A DNA stretch of 64,000 bases from Podarcis tiliguerta (Eukaryota). The DNA lies in NCBI GenBank assembly GCA_965153285.1, contig OZ229110.1. One strand, given 5' to 3'. Below, one piece after another: positions 1-13,940 of this stretch; position 1 is the stretch's first letter; each line of letters opens with the position of its first letter. The notes below the pieces were generated by a model, which was given only the letters and a program-made list of their open reading frames with translations, was not told the origin of the DNA and made no database searches. Made by a program: the position numbers and the translations under genes.

Positions 1-3000
1 AGGTGTACCTCGGAGATATTATGGATTTGGTTCTAGGCGAGCACAATAAAGCAAATATTGATTTAAGCAATATTTTTTTGTTTTGTTTCCTAGTGCATAT
101 AAAAGTTGTGTTTTCTCTATGCTGTTGGCTACTAAGCCGGGGTCCCCCCCCCCCGCCCCTGTCATCAGGGGCAGGAGGAGGAAAGCCCAAGTCCAGCACT
201 AGTCAGCTCCACTCCTGTAGCCAGAAGAATTGTGGTAGCAGGGCGCTTCCTTCCCTTGGATGTGGCAGGGCTGCCTGCAGCTGCACCTGCATCCTTGTAA
301 GGAGCAATATCTGTGAAGCACAATAAAGCAAAGCACAATAAATGAGGTGTGCCTGCATTAATGAGAAATGCTCAGATTTTATTTGCGGTTTTGAGCCTGG
401 TTTGTGTCTCCTCCACTGCTGGGAAATCAGCCTCATCTGTCATTGGATTTATTTGGCAAACAGCTCCTAAATGATTATTCTTTTAACTTAGGGTCATGTT
501 TGATAACTACACATGCAGCTGTTCAGTAAAATGGGAGGAATTTTCACTCTGAGCACAGCATTTCCTCTATAAAGCTTATCTTGTTTAGCTTAATAAGTTG
601 AAAGCCTCTGCAGAAACAGACCTAGTTTCCTAATCTTCTGGTATGAAGAGAGATTCCCCCACTTTACTTACATTTTACGGTAAGAGGACAATTTCTTTCA
701 GAGGAGGAAAAACTGAGGGTGTCTTTATTGTGGTGCAACACTTAGGAAGGTTCACACATTCTTTAAGTGCTGACCTCATATGTTTCTAAGTAATGAATTA
801 ATTAGTATAACATGGAGACATGCAAGGTTAGTTTGCACAACCCTCTTTTCACTCCCATAGCAACTCCTTTGGTTTGGTTTCGTCTTTGCACATAATAATT
901 AGTTTTGATTTGTATAAGCATTACTCTAAATAGAGTTGTTATCACATGTCATGGAAGGCTTAGAGGGCATCCCAGGCAGGCAGCTAGATAAGAACATCAT
1001 TGTCTCCAACAAGAACAGAACCAACAAAAGAAACTCTTGAAGCCATTTAGATTTAACTAAGTCCAATGCCACCTATTGACCAAACCAGAGAATGACACTA
1101 TCCACACAACATCCCTTCCTTATTTAAATAAGCAATCAGGACATCAGTGCTGTTAAACTACTTGATAGTTCAGGTCTTCAGTCATTTACCTTGACAGCTT
1201 CCGAATAACTCGGAGTAAGTAGTAGTCGTGACAGTAACATTGCTGTTAGTTCTACAATGCAAGCCCCAGAGTTTGCTTTTGGTGATTGCACCTTCTCAGT
1301 GATAGGAAGAAGATATCATCAGTTTCTGTTAAGTATTCCATGTTCACTCTTAGCAGAATATAATCAGGCTCTTGTAGGACTTTGTGACAAGGTGTCTGCT
1401 ATGATCAATTGTTTTCTTGTAATATATTCTGCTACATGTTTTTTTCTTTAATCAAGGTCACAGAGGGATTATGGTCTGCGAATCTGAAAGAAGACAGATC
1501 ACATGGGTATCTGTAAAAGTTTTTGCATGCCCAAACACTAGCAAAAAATTCTCAATTTTTTCATAATATTTTTTTCTGCTCTAGTTAAGAGTTCTAGAGC
1601 AGAATGTGACTGACATCCATTCTGAACCATACAATTGTAATAGCACTCCTTCTAAATCTGTAGTTTCTTGCATTAGTGCTACCCATTGTAGGCTTGTGGT
1701 ACCCTAAAACTAAGATTGGCGATCATCTCATTTATATTTTTAAAGGCAGCCCACAGAACTGATCCACAAAACCAGGAAGTAGTGGATTTCAGTAATCAGT
1801 GTAGTGGTTGTTTATCTTTTGAAGTATTGTACAAATATCCTAGAAGATAGTTCAGCATTCCCAGAAATTGTCTCAGTTCTGCAGCCTTCAGTGCTTTCAG
1901 TTCTTTGATGGCATTTACCATCTCTAGGCATGGCTTTGTCCCATGTTGTGTGATTAGTTGTCCAAGTAATTCAACTTCACCTTGATGAAAAATGCATTTC
2001 TCCTTGTTTATATTGAGTCCAGATTAATGGATCTTATTCCTGACAGTGACCAGTGTTTTGTCATGGTCTTTTGTCCACTGATGTACTCTGTATTAGAATG
2101 TCGTTCAGGAAGACAATTACTCCGTTTATCTCTCTCAGGACTTCTGTCATCTTTGTTTAATAAATCTAAGAAGCACTCGCAATTCCAAATGGTAAGCGCT
2201 GAAAACAAAATCTCCCAAAGGGTGTGATAAATCTAGTCAGTGTAGCAGTCTAGTTTGTCAAAGGTACGGTATTTGCTAGATACTGAAGTATCCTATTTGG
2301 AAAATACTTTGGTTCCTGTCTCTTTCGGGAGAAGGTCCTCTAGTGTTGCAGGTACATATTTTTCTCTCACTACAGCTTCATTAAGCTTTTACAAAATCTA
2401 CACCTTTAATCATTGGTCCATTACACAAGAAAGGCATGGTAGTTTCCTTAATTATGCAGTGTTTCTTTATCCTTTCCAGCTCCATTTCCCCTTTGTAGTC
2501 TAAATAAATGGTGATTCTTGGTGGTGTTTTGTATGCTATATGATTTGACACCTGAATTCTAGACACCCCTTTTGTTTCTCCCACGGGTTTTAGGAGTCCC
2601 ATTCTAGCAGCTGTTCCTTGGTTGAGGAAATTGTCCATATTATGATCTCATATACACTAAACATAAACTCTGTGTGTGTGAGAGGGGGGGGGGGAGAGTT
2701 GGAGAACACACAGAGAGAAAGGAAAGCGTAATAAGGGATTAATGTCTGAAAATTGTATTCTTTAAAAAGAACAAAGGGTTTAAGTCTGTGGGTGCCAGTC
2801 ACAAAATGGCTGCCATGGGGGTGTGACAGAACATAAAATGGCTCCTGTGGGAGAATGTAGGACAGACCAAGCTGGTGCAATCAGGAAGTGAGCAATAAGA
2901 GCAAATAGTCCCTCATACATTATGGGTTTTTGAGGGGATATTTACTGATACCTTTTGAGGGTGTCATAGAAGGAACTGGTGGGCACATTGGTTCTCATGG

Positions 3001-4530
3001 GCATTGTGTTTGTGACCCCTGAGTTAAGTGACAGGCTTCACATAAATGGTTCTTCTTGCTTGGTAGTAGCAACGTTTTCCTCCCTCTTCTGATCTGTGCA
3101 TAGTGACCATTTGTATAGATTTTCTTTTGAAGTTTTGAACTACCATAGATCTTTTAAACCAGTCCATGGTCCTGTTTTTAAGCATTAAATAATACCACTT
3201 CTCTAAGCTTGTGCACTAGCATATTTGCTATGTCATTATAACTTGATGTTGCAATAGTATAGCTAGCTAGTTAGTGTGTTCTGTGCCAAGCGTTTAAAAG
3301 TACAGCATGTCTTAGGAGCAAAAACTGTTCCCCAGCTTTAAAACACACACACACAAACACACACATACACACACCAGGCACACCAATGGTGTTCTGTCTC
3401 TGGGGAATGCACAATATTTCCAGTCTTAGGGGTGCATCTCATATGGTATCATCCAAAAAACTGCTAGTGTAAACTTGCCCATAGGGATTAAGACTTGTTT
3501 CTTGGTCTGGTTTGAACATCAGTCAAAATAAGTTTTTGTTCATTCAAGTTTAGTGGTAAACCATGTTTTACACTTCTTCTGAGTTAAGTTGTTATCTTCT
3601 ACAGATTCTTCTAAAATGGATATGGGATACTGCTGTGCGTATCTCCTCCCTCACATCCGCAAAAGCAGTCAGATGGTTCTGAGAAAAAACATTAAACATT
3701 GGCTCAGAACAAAATCTGAGCCCACCAAAAACATTCTACTTGCTGGATTTTGGCTCAGGTCTCTCCCGATGACTCTGCAGCTTCTGAAATACAATCACTC
3801 AGTAGCATTATGGCTGCGCTGATAGCTGGTCAACTCCCTTCAGCTATCCAGGAACTGTGCCAGGTTACAGCTTTCTAAAAAGGGCCTTTGTTAAGCAACC
3901 ATTTAAAAAGTGCTTTAATATTTATACAAAATGAAAGGATGCCTGGGAAAGAAGGAGTGGAGAAAGTTAATGGAGAGGGAACACAAGGAGCTGAAGCTTA
4001 TTAGCTAGCCCCTCTGTGGGGTTGTCTTGCATTTCTGTTTGTCGGAAAGGAGAACCAGTGCAGCCAAGCAAGAAGAAAACCAAGCATTTTGCAGATAAGA
4101 AAGTGAGAGGACAGCTCCAAAGCCATTTCCCACACTGTTCTTTGGCACTTGAGTTGTAAACTATGACCTTAGGGTCCCTTTTGTGAAGGGCACAGGAAGC
4201 AAGTGCCTTTGCTTTGGAGGTTTCCTCTACTAACATTGCCGATGCAAACTTGTTCAGTGCTGGTCTTTCCTTTTCTCTCACCCGCAATATGACCTGTGTG
4301 TGACACAGCTGGGAGAACATCTAGCACCGTGCCGTGATTTGGCTTAGTGTTGTGTCCAATCCTGGGCTCATGGTTTATCTCGCTCCAGACAAACTGTGAG
4401 CTGTAGCCAAGGTTTGTTCTATGGTTTGCCATGCTCAGTTCACAGCAGCACGGCGGCAGCAGGACCAGAGAAAAAGCAAGTGACCAGTCTTCACTTTGGG
4501 AACCTGCATGTTTGATTATTCACTCTAAGT

Positions 4531-4666
4531 CAGGCATCCCCAACCTGCGGCCCTCCAGATGTTTTGGCCTACAACTCCCATGATCCCTAGCTAACAGGAC
4601 CAGTGGTCAGGGATGATGGGAATTGTAGTCCAAAACATCTGGAGGGCTGAAGGTTGGGGGTGCCTG
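4531..4666. mobile_element. 136-bp hAT-type MITE with 8-bp TSD CTCTAAGT
   Basis: CAGGCA...TGCCTG termini, near-palindromic body, exact TSD at 4523-4530 and 4667-4674. Confidence 0.9.
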
Positions 4667-7633
4667 CTCTAAGTCATGGTTTGGCTTAGTGTTATGTCTC
4701 ATCTGGGCCTCTGACAAGTGCAAGGCCAGTACCATTCCCTGCCATTTTCATTTCCCCCTTCTATCTTGCAGTAGCCCTAGGAGGCATGCACCTCTGAACA
4801 AGGGCACCTTTGATAATCACCACACTAATGTTTTTTAATCATAATGGATGAATAGATCATCTTTCCAAAATGTGTAGCCATTTCCACTTTCTTCCCAAAA
4901 AGTGAATGGAGGTGTCATTACCCAGAAGGCACTGTGCCAGATCCCAGTACAGTGTGTTCTGGGATATTATCCAGGAATTCATGCGTAGGTGGAATGTGAA
5001 CCACCATGCTATTACAATCTGATTAAAAGAGCATCAGAAAACCACCACAAATAAATGGATGACAGGAAAGGGAAGAGCCAAATGCAGTAAGATGGAGGAT
5101 AACTCGTATCTCAGTCTTATGAATTTAAAATGGAAGATGGAAGCCTCTAAATGAGGGTCAAGCAAAGACAAAACAACCTGACATGAGAGAGATAATTGGG
5201 GAAGTCAAGAGTCCTATAAAAATGAAATAATACTTTACTTGGCTTAGAAAATAGACAGCTCAGAGGGCACAAGCTAAAGTTTATACAATCATGAATGATG
5301 GGAAGAGAATGGAGAGAGAGAAATTGTCTACCTTCTCCCATAAGAACAGAACACAAAGTTGCTCAAGGAAGTCTAAGATGAAGAAAAAGTACTTATTCAT
5401 AGAGTGGTTCATTAACTAATGGCATGAATTGCCACGAGTACAGTGATGAGTTCAATCTTAGCTTACTTTTGATAGCTGTTACCCATGATTGCAAAACTGA
5501 TTCCCATGTTTTGAGCCTGCATCCCTGGTTTAAGTGAATACCAGCTGTTTGGAAACGAACTGAAGGGTATGATTGTTGCCATTTTTTTTTGTCTAGTGAC
5601 TTTGTCAGAGACACCTGGCTGCCCACATTCTGAGGCAGAATGATGGACTCGCTAGGTAGACCTTTGATCTGAACCAGCAAGGTACCACTTATTATGCCCT
5701 TGTGTTCTTTTTGAAAAGCTTTGAGCCTTTGTAGAGGATGAAGGTGTCTTTGGAAGAACTGACAAGCTCAAAGAGTGGAAGCTAGACAGTTGTCTTGTGG
5801 AAAACAAGGAGGTTCTGAAATAAAGGACATTTTTGTAACAGTAATTTACACTCCGGAAAGTGTGGGACACATCAATGTGTTTGCGAGCTTTTTGCTATGG
5901 TTTTGGCAGGTGCTACAATGGATGGCCTCTCCGAGCTATATAAGGTTTGGCTGCAGGCAAATCCAAATGACTAGGAACATATGGTGGACAAGAGGGACAT
6001 TGCAAGGGCAATGAGGGATAGCTTTGAAAATTAGGTTCAGGTCAGAGACCCTTGACAAGTTATTGGATAATTGGCTATGCAGTCATGTTGCCAACAAGCA
6101 TTTAAGGGTGATAATAGATAACCAACTGAGTCAACAGTTTCATGCAGTAGAGTGAAATGGAGGCCAGTGTAATTTTAGACTGAATTAACAGAAGCTTTCA
6201 TATCCAGGAATCTATCAAGCAGTAAATAGCCCTGTGCTACTCACCATTTATCAATGCTCAAGTTAGTGCTAGGATTTAATTTTTGCCAGGGTTCATTCCT
6301 AGGATCTGTTTCTAATGACAGGGTTCATCCCTGAGATATACAAAGTTAGGTTGACCAAAAGTTCCTCTGTGTAACTGCAGAAAACATATTCCACACTTCT
6401 GAGTAACTATAGTGTCCCCAGAAATGAGTTATCAATAGGAATGAAATATAGATCATAGTGAGAGCAAGGTCCTTAAAGGACATTGGTTAGATAAACCAAG
6501 GATGCAATCCCAAAAGCACCCAGGAAAGAACAATTTGGTGCATATAACGTCACTTGGCAAAGGCCTGGGTAGGTGAGAAAAAAGATAAGGTAATCCAGAC
6601 ACATAATCAACTGTTTCCCAACCAGACTACCTAGGACTAAAGATGTGACATTGCTTAAGAAGTTAGTACAGGGTTCTGAAGGTAAATAAAATCCTGAGTA
6701 AGGCCAGTCCCCGTGTGGTGGAGGATTCATAAGGTCAAAGGTCTGGTGGCTTCCACTTCTCTGAATTCCCTGGGCTGCCATAAGGTATGGAACTGTGTCA
6801 TAGACAGCCACCATGGTCTTTCATCACACAGGCTGCATGGTCTAAGATATATATTGCAGGAAGCCATGACGTGACATAGAATCTCTCAAATATAGATGGA
6901 GGATAGTGGTTTCTGGTGGACAAATAGCTATGTCTTGCTTACAAGTTTTCAGCTAGGAAAAGAATGCTGGATTAGGTGGATCCTTCTTGATGTACCTCTT
7001 CCTTTATTTCCAGGAACCACAACTTCTATGTGTAGTGTCCACTACTGTCCTCTTCTGGTCCCATGGAGGAGCCCATGTAGCAAGAAGACCTCTTAGTTGA
7101 GCAACTTGCTCAAACCAGAGGTGGAATTGAAAATTTGAGCCTCTGCCTCCAGTCACCTCTCCTAGGCTCCCCCGGCCTGAGGACTGGGACTTCTCCTGCA
7201 GTCTATAGCTTCCTACCTGGCACACACTCTTTGCCATTAGACTGGCAAGCTGGTATGAGAGGCACTCAGTTCCATGGGCCCTGGGGAAGATTCCATTTGT
7301 GGCTCCATCTCACGTTGTACGAGATGGGCTTCAGTGGTTCCCTGAACCAGCATTGGAGACAGAGTCAGGAACCTGATGTAGCACCTAGGCTTGTGATGCC
7401 TTGTGATGTGATGATATTTTGATATCCTGGTCACTCTGGAATCATAACACCCAGGGTCAGCCTGTGGCATCTCGAGTTAACGGGATCTCTCATTTCAGGG
7501 CTGAGAAGGACCTGTGCCTGGGACCCTGGAGAACTGTTTCCAGTCTGAGAGGACAATATTAGGCTAGAACAACCAACCGTGTAACAGTATAAACTAGTTT
7601 CCAGGATTAACTGGGAAACATAACATGGAAGTA

Positions 7634-7858
7634 CAGTGGTACCTCGGGTTAAGAACTTAATTTATTCTGGAGGTCTGTTCTTAACCTGAAACTGTTCTTA
7701 ACCTGAAGCACCATTTTAGCTAATGGGGCCTCCTGCTGCCGCCATGCCGCCAGAACATGATTTCTTTCTCATCCTGAAGCAAAGTTCTTAACCCAAGGTA
7801 CTATTTCTGGGCTAGCGGAGTCTGTAACCTGAGGCCTCTGTAACCCGAGGTACCACTG
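7634..7858 (+). mobile_element. Tc1/mariner-pogo MITE (TIR CAGTGGTACCTCGGGTTA, TA TSD)
   Basis: Perfect terminal inverted repeats flanked by TA; five copies in the window. Confidence 0.9.
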
Positions 7859-8103
7859 TAATTGAAGCCAAGACACTTGTTTTGATTAACATAGAAACTG
7901 AGGTCAGCCATGGACCCATAATCCAGACCTCTAGAATTTGAAGGGTAAAGTCTGATATTTTCATGCATATTGTATTTCTCCTTCCAAGTTTAGTTAACTC
8001 CAGCCAGTTGCTGTCCTGCTGCCCCAACTGTTGGACTGTTTGCCAAACAAAGCAATACAGTACTGTCCTTGCTAAATGAGCTCAATGTATTCTTGTCCTG
8101 CAG

Positions 8104-8192
8104 GCGGAAACTCCACCAATGGCCAATGCAGCACTCTGCAGCAGCACTACAGCTCCAGATCCCAGACAAATGGCACAGCCCCCAAAAGCTCT
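8104..8192 (+). CDS. PKP3: Plakophilin-3 exon 2 (head domain; GNSTNGQCSTLQQHYSSRSQTNGTAPKSS)
   Basis: cag|GC acceptor, TCT|gtaagt donor; 89 nt, phase 1 to 0, joins exon 3 in frame; resembles the PKP3 GQYHTLQ..FSSRSQ segment. Confidence 0.85.
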
Positions 8193-8661
8193 GTAAGTTC
8201 AAAAACCCAGCTCTTTCTGCTGCCTATTGATTGCTAATGAACTGCGATTGTGGGTGATGATGACTGTCGTGATGATTACCACCAGCGTTAAAGGAATCTA
8301 ATTCCCACTTTTGCCCTCCCTGCTTTTGTAAAACTGGTCCCCATGGTACTATGCAATCTTGCAGGGATTGTTTCAGTAAAATATCCCAGTGACGGTGTCA
8401 GAGCCAGCACTGCCAGCTTTTAAGATTCTGTGCAGAGCAGCATGGCTGTTAACTGAGAGCAGAATGTGGCCTGCCAGTTCACTGAGGATGGTGCCCATCA
8501 AGGGCAAATAAATGGGTGGTATGGAAAGACCCCACTTGACCTTGCAACTGGGGTGTGGCATTTGCAGGACAAACCAAATACTGTGCATTATTTCATTTGA
8601 TAGAAGAGTCTATCTCCTTTTGAAAATAAACATTGCACTCCCTTCTTTCCTCCCATTGTAG

Positions 8662-9395
8662 CTGTACCAACCACCAGCTGGAAAGAAAGGTTACAGCACC
8701 ATGAAAACTACTAGCTGGTCCTCTCGCTCAGCGGTGGACCTCAGACCCAACAAGAGAATGGCCTCCATCAGCAATGGCGTTGGGCCAAAGGGCCTGGCTT
8801 ATAGCCCAAATTACACAATGTCTCAGTCTGCCGGCACTGCCCCCCGCCCCAGGTCTTTTCACGAGCGGAACTACCGGGGGCATCAGAACTATGACACCAT
8901 GTCCCTGCGCTCCCTGCGCCTGGCGGATGGGCCAGGCAGTCCTGGGGGTGTGGATGACCACTACAGCGTTGTGTCTGAGCAGCTGGATCCACTGGCCCAG
9001 GCAGCGCTCTACAAAAACCGGGCAGGTGGCGGCTTCAGCAGATCCTACACCTTTGAAAGGCAGATGAGTGCCGGCTCCAACGCTGGCATGAAGGGGCCCA
9101 TCGACTGGATGGATGGTGTGGAGGCACCACAGAACAGGCCTGTCATACGTGCGCCGGCCATGCGCACCTTGCAGCGCTTCCAGAGCAACAACCGCTCCCG
9201 CCTTAGCACGGGCACCTATGGCACGGTCCAGGCTTCTCAGGCCGGGAACTCCTATGCAGGAATGATGGAACGCAGTTCCCGTGCCCCCTCTGTGCGCAGC
9301 TTGGCTGACTCCAACCACCATTTACAAGACCTGCGTGCCATTGACATGTACGATGGTCACAACACACTGATGTCTCAGCAGTCCTTCTCTGGAGG
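8662..9395 (+). CDS. PKP3: Plakophilin-3 exon 3 (large head-domain exon)
   Basis: ORF 8701-9399 with PKP3 motifs SWSSRSAVDL, YDTMSLRSLRL, DDHYSVVSEQLD, IRAPAMRTLQRFQS; ttgtag|CTG acceptor, GG|gtgagt donor. Confidence 0.95.
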
Positions 9396-9727
9396 GTGAG
9401 TGTCCTGTGGTTTACTTGCAGGGTGTGGGGCACTCTGTTCCCAGCGGAGGTGGTCTAAAAAAAGAGGAACAATCAGGGACACAGAGCATAGTGTTCTTCC
9501 TCACTTGGTGATTTTTTTTTATAGAAGTAGTTGATCATCACTTGTTTAATGCTGCTCAGTGAGTCATATGAATGTTGTCCCTCTCTGGAAGTATGCCTTT
9601 ACTCTAGCAGCAAAGTACAACTGATGGTGCTTCAAGGAAGATGATAGGACTTCTACTCTTCTTTCCCCCATAATTCCGAAACTTCATGTTAGGGTGCTTT
9701 GAATGTAACATCCTGAAGCCAAAGCCA

Positions 9728-10017
9728 AGGGGCCAGTCCACTGTTCCTCAGACCATGTGGTGGGCCAGACTATATTTTGGAAAAAAAATAATGAACGAAT
9801 TCCTATGCCCCACAAATAACCCAGAGATGCATTTTAAATAAAAGCACACATTCTACTCATGTAAAAACACCAGGCAGGTCCCACAAATAACCCAAAGATG
9901 CATTTTAAATAAAAGCACACATTCTACTCATGTAAAAACACGCCGATTTCCGGACTGTCTGCGGGCCAGATTGAGAAGGCGATTGAGACGCATCCGTCCT
10001 TAGGTTGCCTACCCCTG
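9728..10017 (-). mobile_element. hAT-like non-autonomous element with an internal ~70-bp tandem duplication
   Basis: Reverse complement of the 53885 element; cccacaaataacc...gtaaaaacac block occurs twice; ends ACCCCTG. Confidence 0.75.
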
Positions 10018-10079
10018 GCCAAGGTGATGTGACAGCCTCTGTCAATCCACTTGTTTATGGCTAGTAGGGTGTTGACTTA

Positions 10080-10215
10080 CAGTGAGGGGGGGGAAGTATT
10101 TGATCCCCTGCGAAGTTTGCCTGTTTGCCCTCTGACCAGTCCATAATTTTAATGGTAGGTTTTTTGTAGCTGTGAGAGACAGAATAACAACAGGGGGGAA
10201 AAACCCAGAAACCCA
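10080..10215 (+). mobile_element. Terminal fragment of a Tc1-family DNA transposon
   Basis: TA|CAGTGAGGG..AAGTATTTGATCCCCTGC is a Tc1-type terminus; no second TIR seen. Confidence 0.6.
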
Positions 10216-10795
10216 TTCTGTAATTCCCTTGGTGGGTGTGGGGTGGAATACTATACTTAACTTTCTGTTTTCAGCGTATCCATTGTGGAAGCACAGAACC
10301 TGGAATCCATTCTGGTATCTTTCATTCTGAGACTCTCCAGTCTCATAATTTTGAAGAACAAAGCATGCTTCTAGCCATTGCAGTTAGGAAGAAAGGCACA
10401 GAACTGCGAGAACCAAATAAGGGTTCAGAAAACAGAGTAAGCCTGACCAAAGGTTGCAGTTGTTACTCAGTGTGCTTTTCTGCTGTGCTGGACCCTCCTG
10501 TCCTTCATGCCTGTTTGCAGTCTTCTCCTTCGCCATCTAATTCTCAATTCCAAACCCCTCTATCCCTCCCCCTTTTTTACAAAATACTTTGGTTTTACAA
10601 AAAAGAAAAGAAAAACCCTTTGTATACCTCCAATCTGCAAACATAATAAAATAAAGATATTAGGATTTGCTTAATATACATTTGGATATATATATTTAAG
10701 CACAGTATTCAGGGGACATTTATTAGAGCTCTATGTGAATGAGGTGAAGATGGGAAAATGCACACTATCCCCTCTAACTAGGCCTTGGTTTTCAG

Positions 10796-10919
10796 GTTTG
10801 ATGACATTGATCTCCCTTCTGCGGTGAAATACCTGATGGCCAGTGACCCCAACCTACAGGTGCTTGGAGCTGCCTACATCCAGCACAAATGCTATAGCGA
10901 CAATGATGCCAAGAAACAG
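10796..10919 (+). CDS. PKP3: Plakophilin-3 exon 4 (start of armadillo repeats)
   Basis: FDDIDLPSAVKYLMASDPNLQVLGAAYIQHKCYSD; ttcag|G acceptor, CAG|gtgagg donor; 124 nt. Confidence 0.97.
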
Positions 10920-11220
10920 GTGAGGCAGCAGAGGCGATACTGGGAATGGGCCATGCCCAGGGCCTGAGCTTGTTTCCCAGGGGGACCAATGTGGCTTGCA
11001 GGTTTAGTCACTGATATGTCTCATTGAAAAGCCTGCAACAGTGCTCATTCTGATGCATTGGGCTCTTGCCTGTGGGGATGAGTAAGTTATCTGGAATGAG
11101 AACAGAGCAGGCAGCCTTAGGTGGCATGGCATACTGAAAAGTTCCACACAGAGACCTGCTTTCTTGTTTCTCTCTGACAAGTGTACTACTCTTTCTGTCC
11201 CTGTCTCTCTGCCTCAACAG

Positions 11221-11425
11221 GCTCGCAGCCTCCAAGCCGTGCCCAAACTAGTGAAGCTCTTCAACAACTCCAACCATGAGGTGCAGCGCCATGCCACTGG
11301 AGCCATGCGCAACCTCATCTATGACAATGCTGAGAACAAGCTGGCCCTGGTGGAAGAAAATGGGATCTATGAGCTGATGCGCACTTTATGCGAGCAAGAT
11401 GATGAGTTGCGCAAGAATGTCACAG
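11221..11425 (+). CDS. PKP3: Plakophilin-3 exon 5
   Basis: ARSLQAVPKLVKLFN...DDELRKNVT; caacag| acceptor, CAG|gtgaga donor; 205 nt. Confidence 0.97.
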
Positions 11426-11863
11426 GTGAGAGAAGTTTGCATCGGGCAAGTTATGATGAGGCAAGCTCTCCAGTGCTTAGAGCTGCACATTATATTTGCC
11501 ACAGAGCTGCTGCCCCAAATAGTCTCCCCATGAGTAGCCCCCTGCCCTACTGTCACTCCTAGGAGTGCTTGCTGCAGCTTGGATTCTGCCTGCCTGTACT
11601 CCATGGGTTTGGCTACCACTGTTAGGAGAGCAGAAACATGATGGCCCTGATCCTTGTGGTAGTGGTCAGATATTCCAGCAGGAGGGAGACAACATGTCTT
11701 GGGGAAACTATTTTTGGTGGCATCCCCAAGCAAGTGGACTATAGAACCGGGCTCTTAACTCCTGTGTCCGAAAAGGTCGGCATTACTAACACATGCAACT
11801 GACTATTAACCAGGGCCAAAAACTGCAAGAACATGGAAATACTGTGAACTGCCCTGAGACAAG

Positions 11864-11912
11864 ACAACACAACACAACACAACACAACACAACACAACAC
11901 AACACAACACAA
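11864..11912 (+). repeat. (ACAAC)n pentanucleotide microsatellite
   Basis: About 10 tandem units adjoining a SINE remnant. Confidence 0.95.
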
Positions 11913-13898
11913 TACAAATTTTCCAGCTCTCCTGGAGGTGCCAGGAATTGAACCTGGGACCTTCTGCATGCAAAGTAAGGGCTTGCCTACATTTGAGCAG
12001 TATTTTGCTGTTAATAAATCCACACCTCACCCCACCTTCAAATAAGACTAGATTAGCCCACACCTGCATGTATTTGAATTTGTATATGAAGACCAACTTT
12101 GGTCTTTTTCCATGCACCTTAATTGCATTTGGCCCATGAATCACCTTGCCTGCACCTGCATCATATTTTGCACTGCACACGATACATTCGCATCCAGAGC
12201 TTTTTTCTCTATGCTGTTCCCCTCCCTTTTGTCCCAGGTCCCCTTCAGAACTAGCCGCTCTCCTCCCCCCACCCCACCCCCTGCAACTCAGCTCAAATTT
12301 TCCAGGTGTCTCATTTCTCAGTTCACAAAAAGCTTGAAGGCACACTAATCTGTGAACAGAAGAAATCAGCAGGACACTAGCAACTCCCAGTCTATTGAAA
12401 CACTCTCTGAGCTCAGATTGGCACCCGTTCCCATTCACAAAGAGAACTGGGATAAGCACCAGCAAATCCTCATAGAGGAAAACATAAAACCTGGCAGAAT
12501 CCGGAGCGCTTCGTGGGCTGGGGGAGGGAGTTCCAAATCCTCAGATTACGCACTCTAGTTGCTCTGTATGTCATGGTGTGCAAAGGAAGGTGATAAATAT
12601 AGGTGGCAGGGAGGGCCAGGGTGTGGGTTGGGACCTGACTCCAGCCTGTCTGCAGCTGTCTTTTGCGCTGGGAGAGAGCAAGGGCACTGAATATAGAGGT
12701 CCAGCCAACAGGAGAGATTACATTTGCCTCTCTTACAAAAGGGCCTTCCTAATCCTGCCCAACAGGCTCTGATTGTCTAATCTAATACCAGGCTAATGGG
12801 AAAGTTAGGTCTAGGAGCTATGATGCAATGAGCTTTAACGCTTATTACAAGCATGGTGGAGTCTGTGAAAGTGGCTTTAGCTGAATACAATCAGAGGATG
12901 GAAAGAGTAATCCCCAGATATCACAGCCCAGGGCATACCTCGTTCTGTGCATGAGATTAGCCTTTTGCTGCTGGTATATATGGATTGGGGGTGGGAAGGA
13001 GACAAGACAACTGCATTCTTGCCTGCCTGTAGCTGTGTGTGTGTGCGCGCGCACATGCTGATCTCCCACTTTTTGCAACCCACATGACAAAATTTATAAT
13101 ATGTTTTGTGGGCATGTTTCCTTACCTTTCCTGTATACAGGGTATCCTACTGAGACATGTCATAGGCAAATCAGTAATCTGAAAACATTTAAAGCAAACA
13201 TAGCACTGATGCATTTATTGATTTGTTGTTCCACTTGTCCCAGTCGGACAGGGTGAATTGCTGTGCTGTGCAAGGCTGACTTTCTAAATCAGACAAACTT
13301 GTCCACTTTGCTAGCTTTTATGTAATAGTTCCCTATAATCCAAATCCTTCATCATCACCAGTGCACAATCTCAGTCTGGATAAATCCCATCCAAATCTGC
13401 ACCATGCCTTTAGTTTTCTCCTGAAGCAGGTTAAAACTCACTCCTTTTATCATGCCTGCCACTCACTCTTTTATGGGAATTTCCTCCCTCGTCGTCTTTA
13501 TCTTTTCTCACCCAATTACTTGCCTAGCCCTTTCATACTAAAATCTGTGTGTATAAATACACATTCCTTCTTCCAGAACTGCAACATCTTTTACCCAAGT
13601 TTATGTCTTAGTGCTCCCAATCCAATCCCAACATGAGGTGTATACAGTTAGCTTTGTTTCATGTGTGAATGAATATTGGCTCTTGGAAGCACTCTTGTGG
13701 GCTGAACTCTCATTCCTTCTCTGCCTCCACAGTAACACAAACTCTGTGAGAACCAGGCACTTGCTTATCCTGATTTATCTCATTTTTCCATTAAATAGAG
13801 CTTCCCCAGTAAAATTTTGATTTCTCCCCATTGCCTATTGTGTTACTCTGTTTCTCACAATGACTATGCATTTTTTCCTCTGGGGCATATTTTAATAA

Positions 13899-13900
<2 letters not shown>

Positions 13901-13934
<34 letters not shown>
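13901..13934 (+). repeat. (GT)17 microsatellite
   Basis: Direct observation. Confidence 0.95.

Positions 13935-13940
<6 letters not shown>

Noticed and set aside
1-8103. PKP3 exon 1
   Set aside because: No segment resembling the PKP3 N-terminus was found; the region looks like intron 1, so exon 1 is presumably upstream of the window
8728-9321. 197-aa minus-strand ORF
   Set aside because: Antisense shadow of GC-rich PKP3 exon 3; no recognisable domain or independent splice structure
11806-12465. 219-aa minus-strand ORF with (VLCCV)n
   Set aside because: Kept open by an (ACAAC)n microsatellite and a SINE remnant; low-complexity artefact
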